54,118 nucleotides of DNA, taken from positions 1 through 54,118 of the IMG/VR virus record IMGVR_UViG_3300046170_000018; one strand, given 5' to 3'. This DNA comes from a virus (Duplodnaviria; Caudoviricetes). Both the position numbers and the translations under genes were made by a program. The notes beneath the pieces were generated by a model. It saw nothing but the letters and a program-made list of their open reading frames with translations. It was not told the origin of the DNA and did no database searches. Within the stretch, counting starts at the first letter, position 1; each line of letters begins with the position of its first letter. Shown one piece after another: positions 36,844 to 47,313 of the stretch.

Positions 36844-37045
36844 ATAGTCATATAAGTGTATGTCGGTTCGCTACCAACGTACAATTATAATCAGCAAACA
36901 ACAATACACCTTTCGGATTACCTGAATAACATGGCCTACTAAGTACATTGGCGGCCACCTTTGTATGCAGTACACCCTACGTTAGACAGCCTCTGTTAAA
37001 GCATTGTCTAGTTTGCATCTGTAAAGCTAATAACAGGAGATGGAA

Positions 37046-38101
37046 ATGGCTTTTACTTCCGCTGCTGGATATGGTAACCTACCTAATGGTAACTTTAGTC
37101 CAGTCATTTACTCCAAACAGGTGCAACTTGCTTTCCGCAAGGCCGCTGTTTGTGAGGCAATCACGAACTCTGACTATTTCGGTGAAATCGCCGCAATGGG
37201 TGATTCAGTTAAAATCATCAAAGAGCCAGAGATCACAGTCAAGGCATACGCACGTGGTACAACAATCACACCGCAAGACCTTGATGACGAAGACTTCAGC
37301 CTGACAATTGACAAAGCTAACTACTTTGCATTTAAGGTTGATGACATTGAAGAGGCACATTCACACGTAAACTTCCAGTCTTTGGCAAGTGACCGTGCGG
37401 CTTACCGCCTCGCTGACCAGTTTGACCAAGACGTTCTTGGCTACTTGTCAGGTTACAAGCAGTCAGCCATTCATGGTGCAGCCGATACAGTCAATGATGT
37501 AGTCAACGGTACTAATGCTGTTGGTTCTACAACTGACGAATTGCTTGCAAGCATGAAGCTTGACGCATCAGACTTTAACAGTGGTTCGGCTGGCGATGCA
37601 ATCGCAATCCTTCCACGTACTGGTTCAGGTGCTGCACCAACAGATGCTGGTGACGCAAACCCACTACAGGTTATCGCCCGTATGTCTCGTCTGCTAGACC
37701 AGCAGAATGTTGACACACAAGGTCGTTGGCTTGTTCTTGACCCAGTGTTCATTGAAGTACTGAAAGACGAAGATTCTCGTCTGTTCAATGCTGACTTTGG
37801 CGGTTCTGGCCTAAACAATGGTGTTATTTCTAATAACATTCATGGCTTTACCGTGTACACTTCAAACAACCTACCACAAGTTGGTACTGGTTCATCTTTC
37901 ACAGGTGCAAACAGTTCTACTAACTTTGGTGTGATTGTTGCTGGTCATTCATCTGCTGTTGCAACTGCAGAGCAGATTAACAAGACCGAAACATACCGTG
38001 ACCCTGACAGCTTCGCTGACATTGTTCGTGGTATGCATTTGTATGGCCGCAAGATTCTTCGTCCTGAAGCACTTGTTAACGCCGCTTACCATTTAGCATA
38101 A
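37046..38101 (+). CDS. Major capsid protein
   Basis: FSPVIYSK, YFGEI..GDSVKI, VDDIE and RGMHLYGRKILRPE motifs of P22/N4-like coat proteins. AGGAG RBS. Confidence 0.92.
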   Translation: MAFTSAAGYGNLPNGNFSPVIYSKQVQLAFRKAAVCEAITNSDYFGEIAAMGDSVKIIKEPEITVKAYARGTTITPQDLDDEDFSLTIDKANYFAFKVDDIEEAHSHVNFQSLASDRAAYRLADQFDQDVLGYLSGYKQSAIHGAADTVNDVVNGTNAVGSTTDELLASMKLDASDFNSGSAGDAIAILPRTGSGAAPTDAGDANPLQVIARMSRLLDQQNVDTQGRWLVLDPVFIEVLKDEDSRLFNADFGGSGLNNGVISNNIHGFTVYTSNNLPQVGTGSSFTGANSSTNFGVIVAGHSSAVATAEQINKTETYRDPDSFADIVRGMHLYGRKILRPEALVNAAYHLA

Positions 38102-38115
38102 GGGAGATTTGAAAA

Positions 38116-38595
38116 ATGGCTAACATTACTGCACTTCTCAAGGCTGCTTCTGGTAATTCACAGCGTGGTCGTAATCCATACTACGTAGATGTTACAATTG
38201 ATCTGACAACAAATAGCATTGCTCCCGGCGATACTATTCAGGCAATCACAGTGCCTGCTAACACCCTAATCATGGGTGCTGGTTTTCAGGTTGTATCATC
38301 TGCAACCATGAACACAGGTACAGATGCTACCGCTGCTCTTGGCTTCACTGGTGGTGATGTCGATGAGTTTGCTGCGGCTCTGGACATTGATGGCGCATCT
38401 GATGGAGATTACGCTCCACAAGTTGCAATTGATGGACTTGCACCATCTACAACTGCTGACACAATTGACATTTTGTTGGCTGGTAGTGGCGCATCATTCT
38501 CAGCAGGTAAACTTCGTGTTTACGCTGTAATGATGGACATCAGCGATCTAGGTGACATGGCTGCTGACGAAGTAGACCGTGACGCACTTGCGTAA
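38116..38595 (+). CDS. Capsid decoration/minor capsid protein
   Basis: Beta-rich 159 aa directly after the major capsid gene and before a terminator. Confidence 0.6.
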   Translation: MANITALLKAASGNSQRGRNPYYVDVTIDLTTNSIAPGDTIQAITVPANTLIMGAGFQVVSSATMNTGTDATAALGFTGGDVDEFAAALDIDGASDGDYAPQVAIDGLAPSTTADTIDILLAGSGASFSAGKLRVYAVMMDISDLGDMAADEVDRDALA

Positions 38596-38603
38596 ATAAA
38601 ACA

Positions 38604-38636
38604 CTAGAGGGCTGCTTTCGGGTGGCCCTTTAGTTA
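38604..38636 (+). terminator. Terminator-like hairpin after the capsid genes
   Basis: CTAGAGGGCTGCT-TTCG-GGTGGCCCTTTAG. The G-U pairs work only on the plus strand. Confidence 0.7.
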
Positions 38637-38655
38637 CATATTAAAGGATTTATAA

Positions 38656-38862
38656 ATGCGCAAAATTAAAAAATATGCTTTAGGTGGTATGGGAACTCCT
38701 GAACAAGAAGACAGTAAGTATCGTCCTTCTGCTGCTCGTGCGCCACAGGGCATGATGTCTTCTAGAGGCACACCCGCAGCTATGGGTTTATCTAAAGGTG
38801 GACTAATAAAAAAGAATTATGTTAATCCTGTAACAATTGTAGATAATTTAAAGACTAAGTAA
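38656..38862 (+). CDS. Small basic protein with xxGG and KNYVNPV motifs
   Basis: AAGGA RBS. C-terminus nearly identical to that of 25368-25796. Confidence 0.75.
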   Translation: MRKIKKYALGGMGTPEQEDSKYRPSAARAPQGMMSSRGTPAAMGLSKGGLIKKNYVNPVTIVDNLKTK

Positions 38863-39249
38863 ATGGCAGGCATTAACTTTAGAACAGATAGCAGCTTTGC
38901 TGAAGTTACAGGTAACTCAGCTAGTACAACTAGCAACCCTAATAATGCTACACTATTGTTTACTTGCCCAGCAAGCCACGAAGCTGAAATTGTTTTTCTT
39001 ATGATTGCTAATGAAGATAGCTCTACTTCTAATATAGGCATTCAAGTATACCACGCCGATAACAATACTTATCATTTTCTTGTAGCCGAAGAAGCTATAG
39101 CCGGTAATAGCCACAGACAGTTTATTGGCGGTGGTCCTTTGTTTTTACACGCAGGAGATAAAGTACTAGTGTTTAGGCATACATCTGGTCATAATTTTGA
39201 CGCTACACTTTCTGCTAGACTATATTTTACACCTGCTAAAAGGCTATAA
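38863..39249 (+). CDS. Putative structural protein (beta-sandwich)
   Basis: LFTCP...IAN...L..GD pattern. Located in the head-tail region. Confidence 0.55.
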   Translation: MAGINFRTDSSFAEVTGNSASTTSNPNNATLLFTCPASHEAEIVFLMIANEDSSTSNIGIQVYHADNNTYHFLVAEEAIAGNSHRQFIGGGPLFLHAGDKVLVFRHTSGHNFDATLSARLYFTPAKRL

Positions 39250-39251
39250 CA

Positions 39252-39968
39252 ATGACGACTTTTATTAATCTGACTAATGAACTATTGCGTAGATTGAACG
39301 AAGTTCAAACAGATGAGTCTAGTTTTGCTAGTGCTAAAAATGTACAAGCACTAGCTAAAGATGCAATTAATTCTGCCGTCAGGCAAATGCTTCAAGACGC
39401 ACAAGAGTGGCCTTTTACTTTAGTAACTTACGAGCAAACACTAGTTGCTGGCACTGGCACGTATTCCTTTCCTGCAGATTATTCAAAAGCAGACTGGGAT
39501 ACTTTTTATATTAAACAACTTTCGTCAAAAAATAACACACCTAAAAAATTAAAATTAATTACCTACGATCAGTATTTATCTAAATATAGAAGCACTGAAG
39601 AGTTAGCAGGAGAAAACGGAAGAACTGACCCTGACTACGTTTATATGACGCAAGATACAAAGTTCGGTATTACTCCTGTTCCTGACGCAGCGTATGTAAT
39701 CGAGTACAGGTATTGGAAATATCCTGCTGATCTTGTATTATATGATGATACCGTAATCATACCCGACAGATTTAAGCATGTAATTATTGATGGTGCTATG
39801 ATGTATATGATGCTATTTAGGTCAAATGAACAAAGCGCAAATATGCACAGTACAAAGTTTGAAGATGGTATAAAAATGATGCGTAGATTAATTATAGATC
39901 AACATACTAATGTTATTTCTACAGTAATACAAAGGTCTAGCAACAGCGTAAGTGTTGATAGAATTTAA
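39252..39968 (+). CDS. Head-tail adaptor/tail tubular protein A
   Basis: LTNELLRRLNE, WPF, PVPD..Y and IPDRF motifs. Confidence 0.7.
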   Translation: MTTFINLTNELLRRLNEVQTDESSFASAKNVQALAKDAINSAVRQMLQDAQEWPFTLVTYEQTLVAGTGTYSFPADYSKADWDTFYIKQLSSKNNTPKKLKLITYDQYLSKYRSTEELAGENGRTDPDYVYMTQDTKFGITPVPDAAYVIEYRYWKYPADLVLYDDTVIIPDRFKHVIIDGAMMYMMLFRSNEQSANMHSTKFEDGIKMMRRLIIDQHTNVISTVIQRSSNSVSVDRI

Positions 39969-39970
39969 GT

Positions 39971-41755
39971 ATGGCAGACAATCTACAAACCTTTGTCTCT
40001 GTTTGTTCAGGGGGGCTTGTCACTAATGTTGACCCGCTTACTCAAAGTAATGCTTTATCTGGTAGTGCAATCCGTCTAATTAATATGGAGCCTTCTCTTG
40101 AGGGTGGATATAGACGAATAAGCGGTTATGCAAACTCTTATGATACATTACCCGGTACAGGTAAAGTTTTAGGTTTAGCGGTAAATGGTGAGATAAATCA
40201 AGGCATACTTGGTTGTAGGACACCTTCTTCTGGAAACAATTACCTGCATTGGTATAATCACTACTACGATGTAGCGTTAGGATCAGGTCAAGGGTCTGGT
40301 TTCACTGTAGGCGAAACACTTACAGGTGTAGTTAGTTCAGGTGATAGCACGACTGTAGCAGCAACAGGTACAGTAATATCAAAAACATCGGATGCTATTG
40401 TAGTAGATTTTGGTAAACTGCCTGACAATATTTTTGCTACGGGTAACGTAATTACAGGTGGTACATCCAGTGCAACAGGTACAGTAGCAAGCACCCCTAC
40501 TGTTAAAGGTTGGCAGGCTGTAACTACTTCAGGTAGCCCCACCATGACAGGGGTTGACATTGTACGATTTGAAAGGTATAATTGGTCTGAAGAAATATTG
40601 CTGCTAACAGATGGTGTTAACCCAGCAGCTAAATACAATGGAAGTACATACACACAGATTACGCATACTAATGCACCTAACAATCCTAAGTTTTCTAGTG
40701 CATTTGCAAATCACCTTTGGTTAGCTGGAGACCCTGACGAACCTTTTAATATTTATTTTTCTTCTCCTAATGCAGACACGGACTTCGACCCTGCAAATGG
40801 AGCAGGAGTTATTAATATAGGCTTTACGATAACACAGTTAAAGTCTTTTCGTAATCAACTATATGTATTTGGTCAAAATCAAATTAAACGTATTGTTGGT
40901 GATAACTACTCTAACTTTAGTGTAGAAAATGTTACTAATGACTTGGGTTGTGTTGCACCCGACACTGTAGTCGAATTTGGTGGTGACATTATCTTTCTTG
41001 GGCCAGACGGTGTTAGACCAATTTCAGGAACATCTAGGATTGGTGACGTTGAGCTTGAAACAGTATCTCGTGAAATACAAAAAACATTTGAAAGCTATAC
41101 AGCAAACGAAGATGTAACTAAACTAAAAGCTTTAATACTCCGTAGAAAATCACAGTTTAGATTATTCTTTGAAGCTAATACTTCTTTATCTTTGTTAGCA
41201 GCTATACGTAAAAGTTCTTCAGCGCAGTCTACATTTGAATTTAGTCAGCTTGTAGGTATTGAAGCAACAGCAGTAGCTAGTGGATACATAGGACAGTTTG
41301 AGTTTGTTCTTCATGGAGATACTACAGGTAAAGTATTCAAACAAGAAGAAGGTAACTCGTTTGATGGGAGTGATATATTAAGCGTTTACCAAACTCCTTT
41401 TTATTTTATGCAAGACCCTGAGTTACGCAAAGTATTTTATAGGGTTAAAACTTTTCTTAAATCAGAAGGTGAGTCAACAATATCAGTCGGCATAGAATAC
41501 AATTTTGGTGATGCAGAAATTGCTACACCTTTAAACTTTGAATTAACTACAGCAGGTGCTGCTTCTTTCTTTGATGCAACTTCAACTATCTATGATGACA
41601 CAGACATCTATGACGGAAACCCTACACCAATTCGTAGTACTAACATAAGCGGCTCAGGTGATTCTATTTCCGTATCTTATGTTACCAACAGTACAAACCC
41701 CAGCCATACCATACAGGCTGTATCAATATTGTATGGAACAGGGGATAGGAGATAA
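39971..41755 (+). CDS. Tail nozzle/stabilisation protein (tubular protein B-like)
   Basis: GGL start, beta-propeller-like GCVA...FLG.DG motifs. Follows the adaptor gene. Confidence 0.7.
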   Translation: MADNLQTFVSVCSGGLVTNVDPLTQSNALSGSAIRLINMEPSLEGGYRRISGYANSYDTLPGTGKVLGLAVNGEINQGILGCRTPSSGNNYLHWYNHYYDVALGSGQGSGFTVGETLTGVVSSGDSTTVAATGTVISKTSDAIVVDFGKLPDNIFATGNVITGGTSSATGTVASTPTVKGWQAVTTSGSPTMTGVDIVRFERYNWSEEILLLTDGVNPAAKYNGSTYTQITHTNAPNNPKFSSAFANHLWLAGDPDEPFNIYFSSPNADTDFDPANGAGVINIGFTITQLKSFRNQLYVFGQNQIKRIVGDNYSNFSVENVTNDLGCVAPDTVVEFGGDIIFLGPDGVRPISGTSRIGDVELETVSREIQKTFESYTANEDVTKLKALILRRKSQFRLFFEANTSLSLLAAIRKSSSAQSTFEFSQLVGIEATAVASGYIGQFEFVLHGDTTGKVFKQEEGNSFDGSDILSVYQTPFYFMQDPELRKVFYRVKTFLKSEGESTISVGIEYNFGDAEIATPLNFELTTAGAASFFDATSTIYDDTDIYDGNPTPIRSTNISGSGDSISVSYVTNSTNPSHTIQAVSILYGTGDRR

Positions 41756-41758
41756 CAA

Positions 41759-44700
41759 GTGGCAGGATATACAAGACAATCTTCAGCAGATATTATTGCA
41801 ACGGCTGTTGTACGTGCTAATCCGCTTAACGTAGAATATAATGCTATTCGGGATGCTTTTAACGCAAGTACTGGACATAAGCATGACGGTACTACGGCAG
41901 AGGGTGCATACGTACCTTTAATTGCTGACTCAGACGCACTAAACAAAGTAGCTATTGATACATCAAACAATCGTGTTGGTGTATTTGTAGAGGTGTCTAG
42001 TGCTGCTGTAGAACAAATACGTATTCAAGACGGTGCAATTGTCCCTGTTACCACTAATGATATTGATTTAGGCACACCCAGTTTAAAATTTAAAAACTTG
42101 TATCTTGAGGGTACATCCACACTAGAAATATTAGAAGTCGCTAATAATACTACCCTTACAGGTAATCTTACTGTAAACGGAAATACTACTCTTGGCAATG
42201 CTGCAAGTGATACTGTAACAATTACTGCAGATGTCGCTTCCCCATTAATTCCTTCTGCTGATGATACCCATGACTTAGGTGCTGTAGGTTCTGAATGGCG
42301 TAATTTGTACATTGATGGTACTGCTAACATTGATGCTCTTGTAGCGGATACTGCAGATATTGACGGTGGTTCTATTGATGGTGTAACTATTGGCGGCAAC
42401 TCTGCTGGTGCGGGTACATTTACTACATTAACTGCTACAGGTACATCTACACTAACTACAGTGGACATTAATGGTGGTGCTATTGATGGTGCTATTATTG
42501 GTGCTAATTCTGCAGCCGCTATTACAGGCACAACAATTACTGGTACGTCTCTTGTTGGTGCAGTTACGGGTGATGTAACAGGTAACGCAGATACTGCAAC
42601 AGCATTAGAAACAGCACGTACTATAGGTGGTGTATCATTTGATGGCACTGCTAATATTAATCTTCCCGGCGTAAATACTGCAGGCACTCAAGACACTTCA
42701 GGTAATGCTGCCACAGCTACAGCATTAGAGACTGCTCGTACTATTGGTGGTGTTAGCTTTGATGGTACGGCTAATATAAGTCTTCCGGGCGTTAACGCTG
42801 CGGGCAATCAAGATACATCTGGCAATGCGGCTAGTGCAACTGTATTAGAAACAGCTAGGTCAATCGCTGGTCAATCTTTTGACGGTAGTGCAAGTATTAC
42901 CATTGCTGCTACAGATTTGTCTGACACTGACCAAAGTTTAGCTACCAGTGATAACGTACAGTTTGCCCAAGTAACCACCACTGGTAATGCTATTATTGGT
43001 GGTAACTTAACAGTAAATGGTACTACAACTACAGTCAACTCCAGTAATATGACTGTAGATGACCAACTTATTGAATTAGGCAATGGACGTTCAGGTTCAG
43101 CTTCTGGTGATGCAGGTATTGTTATTGAACGTGGTAGCGATGCTAATGCGTTTATTGGTTTTGATGAGAGTGCAGATAAATTTACTGTAGGTACTGGCAC
43201 TTTTACTGGTGCATCTACAGGCGACCTTATTATTACTACAGGTACACTTGTAGCCAACATTGAAGGTAATGTTACTGGTGCAGTTACAGGCAACGCCGAT
43301 ACAGCCACTGCTTTAGCTACTGCACGTACTATTGCTGGTCAGTCTTTTGATGGTACAGCTAATATTAGTATTGCACCTACTGACCTTACAGGTGTAAGTG
43401 CTACCGCTACTGAACTTAACATTATGGATGGCGATACGTCAGCTACATCTACCACTCTTGCAGATGCAGACAGAGTTGTAGTCAACGATGCTGGCACTAT
43501 GAAGCAGGTAGCACTGACTGACTTTGAAACATATTTTGAGACATCCCTAGATACACTGAGTAATGTAACAACTGTAGGTGCCTTAAATAGTGGTAGCATT
43601 ACAAGTGGTTTTGGTGCTATTGATAATGGCTCCAGTGCTATTACCACTACAGGTACAGTAACATTTGGCACATTGTCAGATGGTACTGACAATATAACAG
43701 ATATTGTAACAAGTGTAAGCGGTAGTTCAACTAATGCACAACTACCTTCAGCAGCGGCTGTAGAGTCACGTATTCAAGCTGTAAATGGTACAGCTAATAA
43801 TGTAACAGGTCTTACTGCTACAGGTGCAGAATTAAACACTGTAGCTGACTTTTCTGCTGTAAGTGTGGACACAAGTACTGCAATAGCTAGTAATGATGCT
43901 CTATTAGTATTTGACAATGGTAACGAAATAGGTTATCGTGATGTAGACTTACTAGACACATACTTCTCAGGTACAACTAAAACACTTACTAACAAGACAC
44001 TAACAAGTCCTATTGTAACAGGAATGCATCTTAATGATTCAGGATTTAGTGTTGAAGGTTCTAGTGCTGATGGTAATGAAACTACAGTATCCTTTACTAA
44101 CCCAACAACAGACCGCACAATTACATTCCCTGATGCTACGGGTAATGTAGCTGTATTTACTACGGCTCCTGCTGCAGCTATTGCTGATGGTACTAGTGGA
44201 CAAGTCTTAACTACAAATGGTTCCGGTGTATTATCTTTTGCTACTGCAGCTAGTGGTGGTGCTGACTTGTATGCTGCTAATGAAAGCAGCCCAAATGCAC
44301 AACCTTCGGCTTTAGGTAATAACTCTATTGCGATTGGAAATACGACTAAAGCTGGCACACAAGCTTCACACCAAAATTCAATAGCAATCGGCGGTTCTAA
44401 TAATACTAGTCAACCAATACAGGCAACAAATTTATTTGCCGTAGCAATTGGTACTGCTTATTATGGGGGAGTAACAGCTTCATCAGATGGAAGCATGGCT
44501 ATAGGTACGGGAGCAACAGTCGCTAGTGCTAGTGGTGCGTTAGCTTTAGGTAAAAGTTCAACGGCGAATGGCAATGCTGCAGTGTCTTTGCCAGTATCAC
44601 ATGCTTCTGGCGCAAACAGCTTTGCCGCAGCAATTGGTACCAATATATCGAGCTATGGTGCAACTGGTGCTAATAGCGTTGCGCTTGGCAAATCTGCAAA

Positions 44701-45451
44701 AGCTAGTGGTATTGAGGCTTTCGCTGTTGGAGAAAATGCAATAGCTTCAGGTGGAGATTCAGTTGCAATAGGTCGTTTAAATACCGCATCTGACTCATAT
44801 TCTGTAGCTATAGGATATGATAATGATGCTACAGGTCAATATTCTATTGCAATGGGCTACAGAGCAACTGCAGGTGCAAACTACGCAGTTGCTATTGGGC
44901 AAGCTTCTAACCTTACAAGGTCAAACGCATTCGGCAGTGGTTCAATGGCTTTGGCCGGAGGGCGTACTGATGGTGCAGATTCTATAGCTATTGGTAGAGA
45001 AGGCAGGTCAAACCAAATTGGAAAATTTGTTTTTTCAAATGGTATGTTTGCTTTGGCTGGTGATGCACAAGGTGGTCAGTTTATTTTAAAAGCAGATACT
45101 ACAGACGCAACAGCCACTGTACTTACAACAAACAACAGTACAGCAGCATCAACTAACCAAATTGTAGCTTCAACAGATACTTGCATTATGTTTAGTGGAA
45201 CACTTGTAGCTATGCAAAACGGCGCACAAGATCAAGGCGGTTGGGAAATTAAAGGTCTGCTCAAGAACGATGGCGGCACAACTACATTAGTAAACAGTAA
45301 CATACAAACATTTGATGATGGCAACGGCTGGGTTGTAGCTTTGACTGCTGATAATACGAACAATGCTTTAGCAATCACCTGTACAGGCGAAGCTTCTCAC
45401 AATATCCGCTGGGTTGCTAATATTTCAACTAGTGAGGTGACGTATGCTTAG
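41759..45451 (+). CDS. Long tail fibre with ARTIGG..FDG repeats and a YadA-head-like C-terminal region
   Basis: GH.HDG anchor, Gly/Thr-rich shaft, 40-aa repeats, SIAIG repeats. Confidence 0.85.
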   Translation: MAGYTRQSSADIIATAVVRANPLNVEYNAIRDAFNASTGHKHDGTTAEGAYVPLIADSDALNKVAIDTSNNRVGVFVEVSSAAVEQIRIQDGAIVPVTTNDIDLGTPSLKFKNLYLEGTSTLEILEVANNTTLTGNLTVNGNTTLGNAASDTVTITADVASPLIPSADDTHDLGAVGSEWRNLYIDGTANIDALVADTADIDGGSIDGVTIGGNSAGAGTFTTLTATGTSTLTTVDINGGAIDGAIIGANSAAAITGTTITGTSLVGAVTGDVTGNADTATALETARTIGGVSFDGTANINLPGVNTAGTQDTSGNAATATALETARTIGGVSFDGTANISLPGVNAAGNQDTSGNAASATVLETARSIAGQSFDGSASITIAATDLSDTDQSLATSDNVQFAQVTTTGNAIIGGNLTVNGTTTTVNSSNMTVDDQLIELGNGRSGSASGDAGIVIERGSDANAFIGFDESADKFTVGTGTFTGASTGDLIITTGTLVANIEGNVTGAVTGNADTATALATARTIAGQSFDGTANISIAPTDLTGVSATATELNIMDGDTSATSTTLADADRVVVNDAGTMKQVALTDFETYFETSLDTLSNVTTVGALNSGSITSGFGAIDNGSSAITTTGTVTFGTLSDGTDNITDIVTSVSGSSTNAQLPSAAAVESRIQAVNGTANNVTGLTATGAELNTVADFSAVSVDTSTAIASNDALLVFDNGNEIGYRDVDLLDTYFSGTTKTLTNKTLTSPIVTGMHLNDSGFSVEGSSADGNETTVSFTNPTTDRTITFPDATGNVAVFTTAPAAAIADGTSGQVLTTNGSGVLSFATAASGGADLYAANESSPNAQPSALGNNSIAIGNTTKAGTQASHQNSIAIGGSNNTSQPIQATNLFAVAIGTAYYGGVTASSDGSMAIGTGATVASASGALALGKSSTANGNAAVSLPVSHASGANSFAAAIGTNISSYGATGANSVALGKSAKASGIEAFAVGENAIASGGDSVAIGRLNTASDSYSVAIGYDNDATGQYSIAMGYRATAGANYAVAIGQASNLTRSNAFGSGSMALAGGRTDGADSIAIGREGRSNQIGKFVFSNGMFALAGDAQGGQFILKADTTDATATVLTTNNSTAASTNQIVASTDTCIMFSGTLVAMQNGAQDQGGWEIKGLLKNDGGTTTLVNSNIQTFDDGNGWVVALTADNTNNALAITCTGEASHNIRWVANISTSEVTYA
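42581..42905 (+). repeat. 120-bp tandem repeat (three copies, a fourth at ~43290) in the tail fibre
   Basis: GNAxxAT.LETAR.I.G.SFDG.A.I begins at 42581, 42701 and 42821. Confidence 0.85.
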
Positions 45452-45463
45452 GAGTAATAAATA

Positions 45464-46621
45464 ATGGGTGCAATTAATTTAGATAATACCGGCTCCGGTG
45501 GAGCTATTACACTAAGCTCTGATGGTACTAGCTTACTACTAGGGGGTAGTGCTGTTGGTGGTGGCGGCGGTGCAGATTTATATGCGGCTAATGAAAGCAG
45601 CCCAACTGCACAACCAAGTGCAACTGGTGCTAATGCAATTGCTATTGGCGATAGTTCGGTTGCTAGTGGGCAAAGAGGTACTGCTATTGGTTTTAGTGCT
45701 TTAGCAAGCGGTTTTAATTCCGTATCAATAGGAAATGGGGAAGCTAATAATTCAAACTCAATTGCAATTGGGCTTTTGAGTCTTTCAACTGCTGGTCAGT
45801 CAATTGCTGTTGGTTACAATGCAGTGTCAGTGGGTTCTTCTTCACATGCTTCTACAGATTCATATGCTTCAGGGTCACAATCATTTGCAGCAGCAATTGG
45901 TAACAACACCAGCACTTATGGCGCAAAAAATACTAATAGCGTTGCACTAGGTAGATTAGCAAAAGCGACAGGTGCTTATTCTATTGCTATTTCTTCAAAT
46001 ACTTATAGTGGTAGCGCAACTGCATCGGGTTCAGGAGCCGTAGCAATTGGAGATGGGCCAACAGCGTCTGGGATTGGCTCAACTTCAATCGGTCGTGGTT
46101 GTACTGCGTCAGGTACAAATTCAATTGCAATGGGTCGTGACGCACAAGCTACTCAAGAAACTTCTGTAGCTATTGGATACAGAGCTTATTCAGATGTTAT
46201 AGGCGGTATTGCCTTTGCTGGGTCTGGTTGGTTTGGGGCAGCAAATGGCGATGCACAAGGCAGGATGTACATTCTACGCAGAGCAACAACTGATGCAACT
46301 CCAGCAGAACTTGGTGCTACCGCAGAGCAAGTTAAAGTTCCTACCAACGGTGCTGTCGTTTTTGATGGTCTTATTACTGGATTAGAGTCTGGTGTTAATT
46401 CTTATGCTGGTTGGAAAATTGAAGGAATGATTGTTAATGATGGTGGCACGACAACTCTTGTTAACAGCGCAATAACTACAATTCATAACACACCAAGCTG
46501 GGGTCTTTCGTTAGCTGCTGATGACACAAACGACCGATTAGCAATTGAAGTAACTGGTGAAGCATCACACAATATTCGCTGGGTAGGTAATATTCGCACA
46601 GTAGAAACTATTTACGCTTAA
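45464..46621 (+). CDS. Second fibre/adhesin protein, paralogue of the long fibre C-terminus
   Basis: Shares GGADLYAANESSP.AQPSA and GEASHNIRWV.NI.T.E..YA with the upstream gene. YadA-like repeats. Confidence 0.8.
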   Translation: MGAINLDNTGSGGAITLSSDGTSLLLGGSAVGGGGGADLYAANESSPTAQPSATGANAIAIGDSSVASGQRGTAIGFSALASGFNSVSIGNGEANNSNSIAIGLLSLSTAGQSIAVGYNAVSVGSSSHASTDSYASGSQSFAAAIGNNTSTYGAKNTNSVALGRLAKATGAYSIAISSNTYSGSATASGSGAVAIGDGPTASGIGSTSIGRGCTASGTNSIAMGRDAQATQETSVAIGYRAYSDVIGGIAFAGSGWFGAANGDAQGRMYILRRATTDATPAELGATAEQVKVPTNGAVVFDGLITGLESGVNSYAGWKIEGMIVNDGGTTTLVNSAITTIHNTPSWGLSLAADDTNDRLAIEVTGEASHNIRWVGNIRTVETIYA

Positions 46622-46638
46622 TAAAGGAGCAAACTAAA

Positions 46639-46944
46639 ATGGCAATTCAAAACAATATCGCAGAAGGCAACAGCCAATATGGTATCGCTTTCAACAACGC
46701 ATACTACCGTATCGTAACGGCAGCAATCTCTCGTCAACGTGGGTCAGACCCAAAGTTCCAAGTGATGATTGACCTGTCAGCTTATGCTACGGCATCACCA
46801 ACCGATGACACTCGTGAGGTAGACTTTAAACGCTATCACGCAAATCTAGACGACATCAACGCATCAAGCGGCGATGCTTTTCTAGACAAGTGTTACACTT
46901 GGGTGATGGCACAAGATGATATGACAGGCTCTACAGCCGTATAG
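46639..46944 (+). CDS. Small tail-associated protein (possible fibre chaperone)
   Basis: AAGGAG RBS. Located after the fibre genes. Confidence 0.55.
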   Translation: MAIQNNIAEGNSQYGIAFNNAYYRIVTAAISRQRGSDPKFQVMIDLSAYATASPTDDTREVDFKRYHANLDDINASSGDAFLDKCYTWVMAQDDMTGSTAV

Positions 46945-46953
46945 GAGTAAACA

Positions 46954-47313
46954 GTGGGAATTGTAATAGATTATTCCAGTGGTTTTTTTGAGGCAACGCC
47001 TTCTGGTGAAACAGTTGGGTCAATATCTGGTAGCACGTTAGATTTAAGCAGTGGAAACGTATTTTCTCATGCGCCATCAGGCAATGTTACTTATGTTTTT
47101 TCCAATCCACCCGCTTCTGGCACTGCATATAGCTTTACATTTAAAGTAACGCCGTCAGCCACGGTAACTGTTACTTGGCCTTCTTCAGTAGAATTTGCTG
47201 GCGGTACAGCCCCTGATGCACCTGCTAATGGCGAAACAGACATATTATCTTTTTACACTACAGACGGTGGAACAACCTACTATGGCTTTAAAGCTGGAGA
47301 TGCAATGTCATGA
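46954..47313 (+). CDS. Tail fibre baseplate/adaptor-like domain protein
   Basis: LDLSSGNVF...WP....GGTAP...TD.L.F.T.DGGTTYYG. Confidence 0.65.
   Translation: MGIVIDYSSGFFEATPSGETVGSISGSTLDLSSGNVFSHAPSGNVTYVFSNPPASGTAYSFTFKVTPSATVTVTWPSSVEFAGGTAPDAPANGETDILSFYTTDGGTTYYGFKAGDAMS

Noticed and set aside
36862-36877. tRNA 3'-end-like TTCGCTACCA as attP or tRNA
   Set aside because: Too short, no T-arm or cloverleaf, and far from the integrase.
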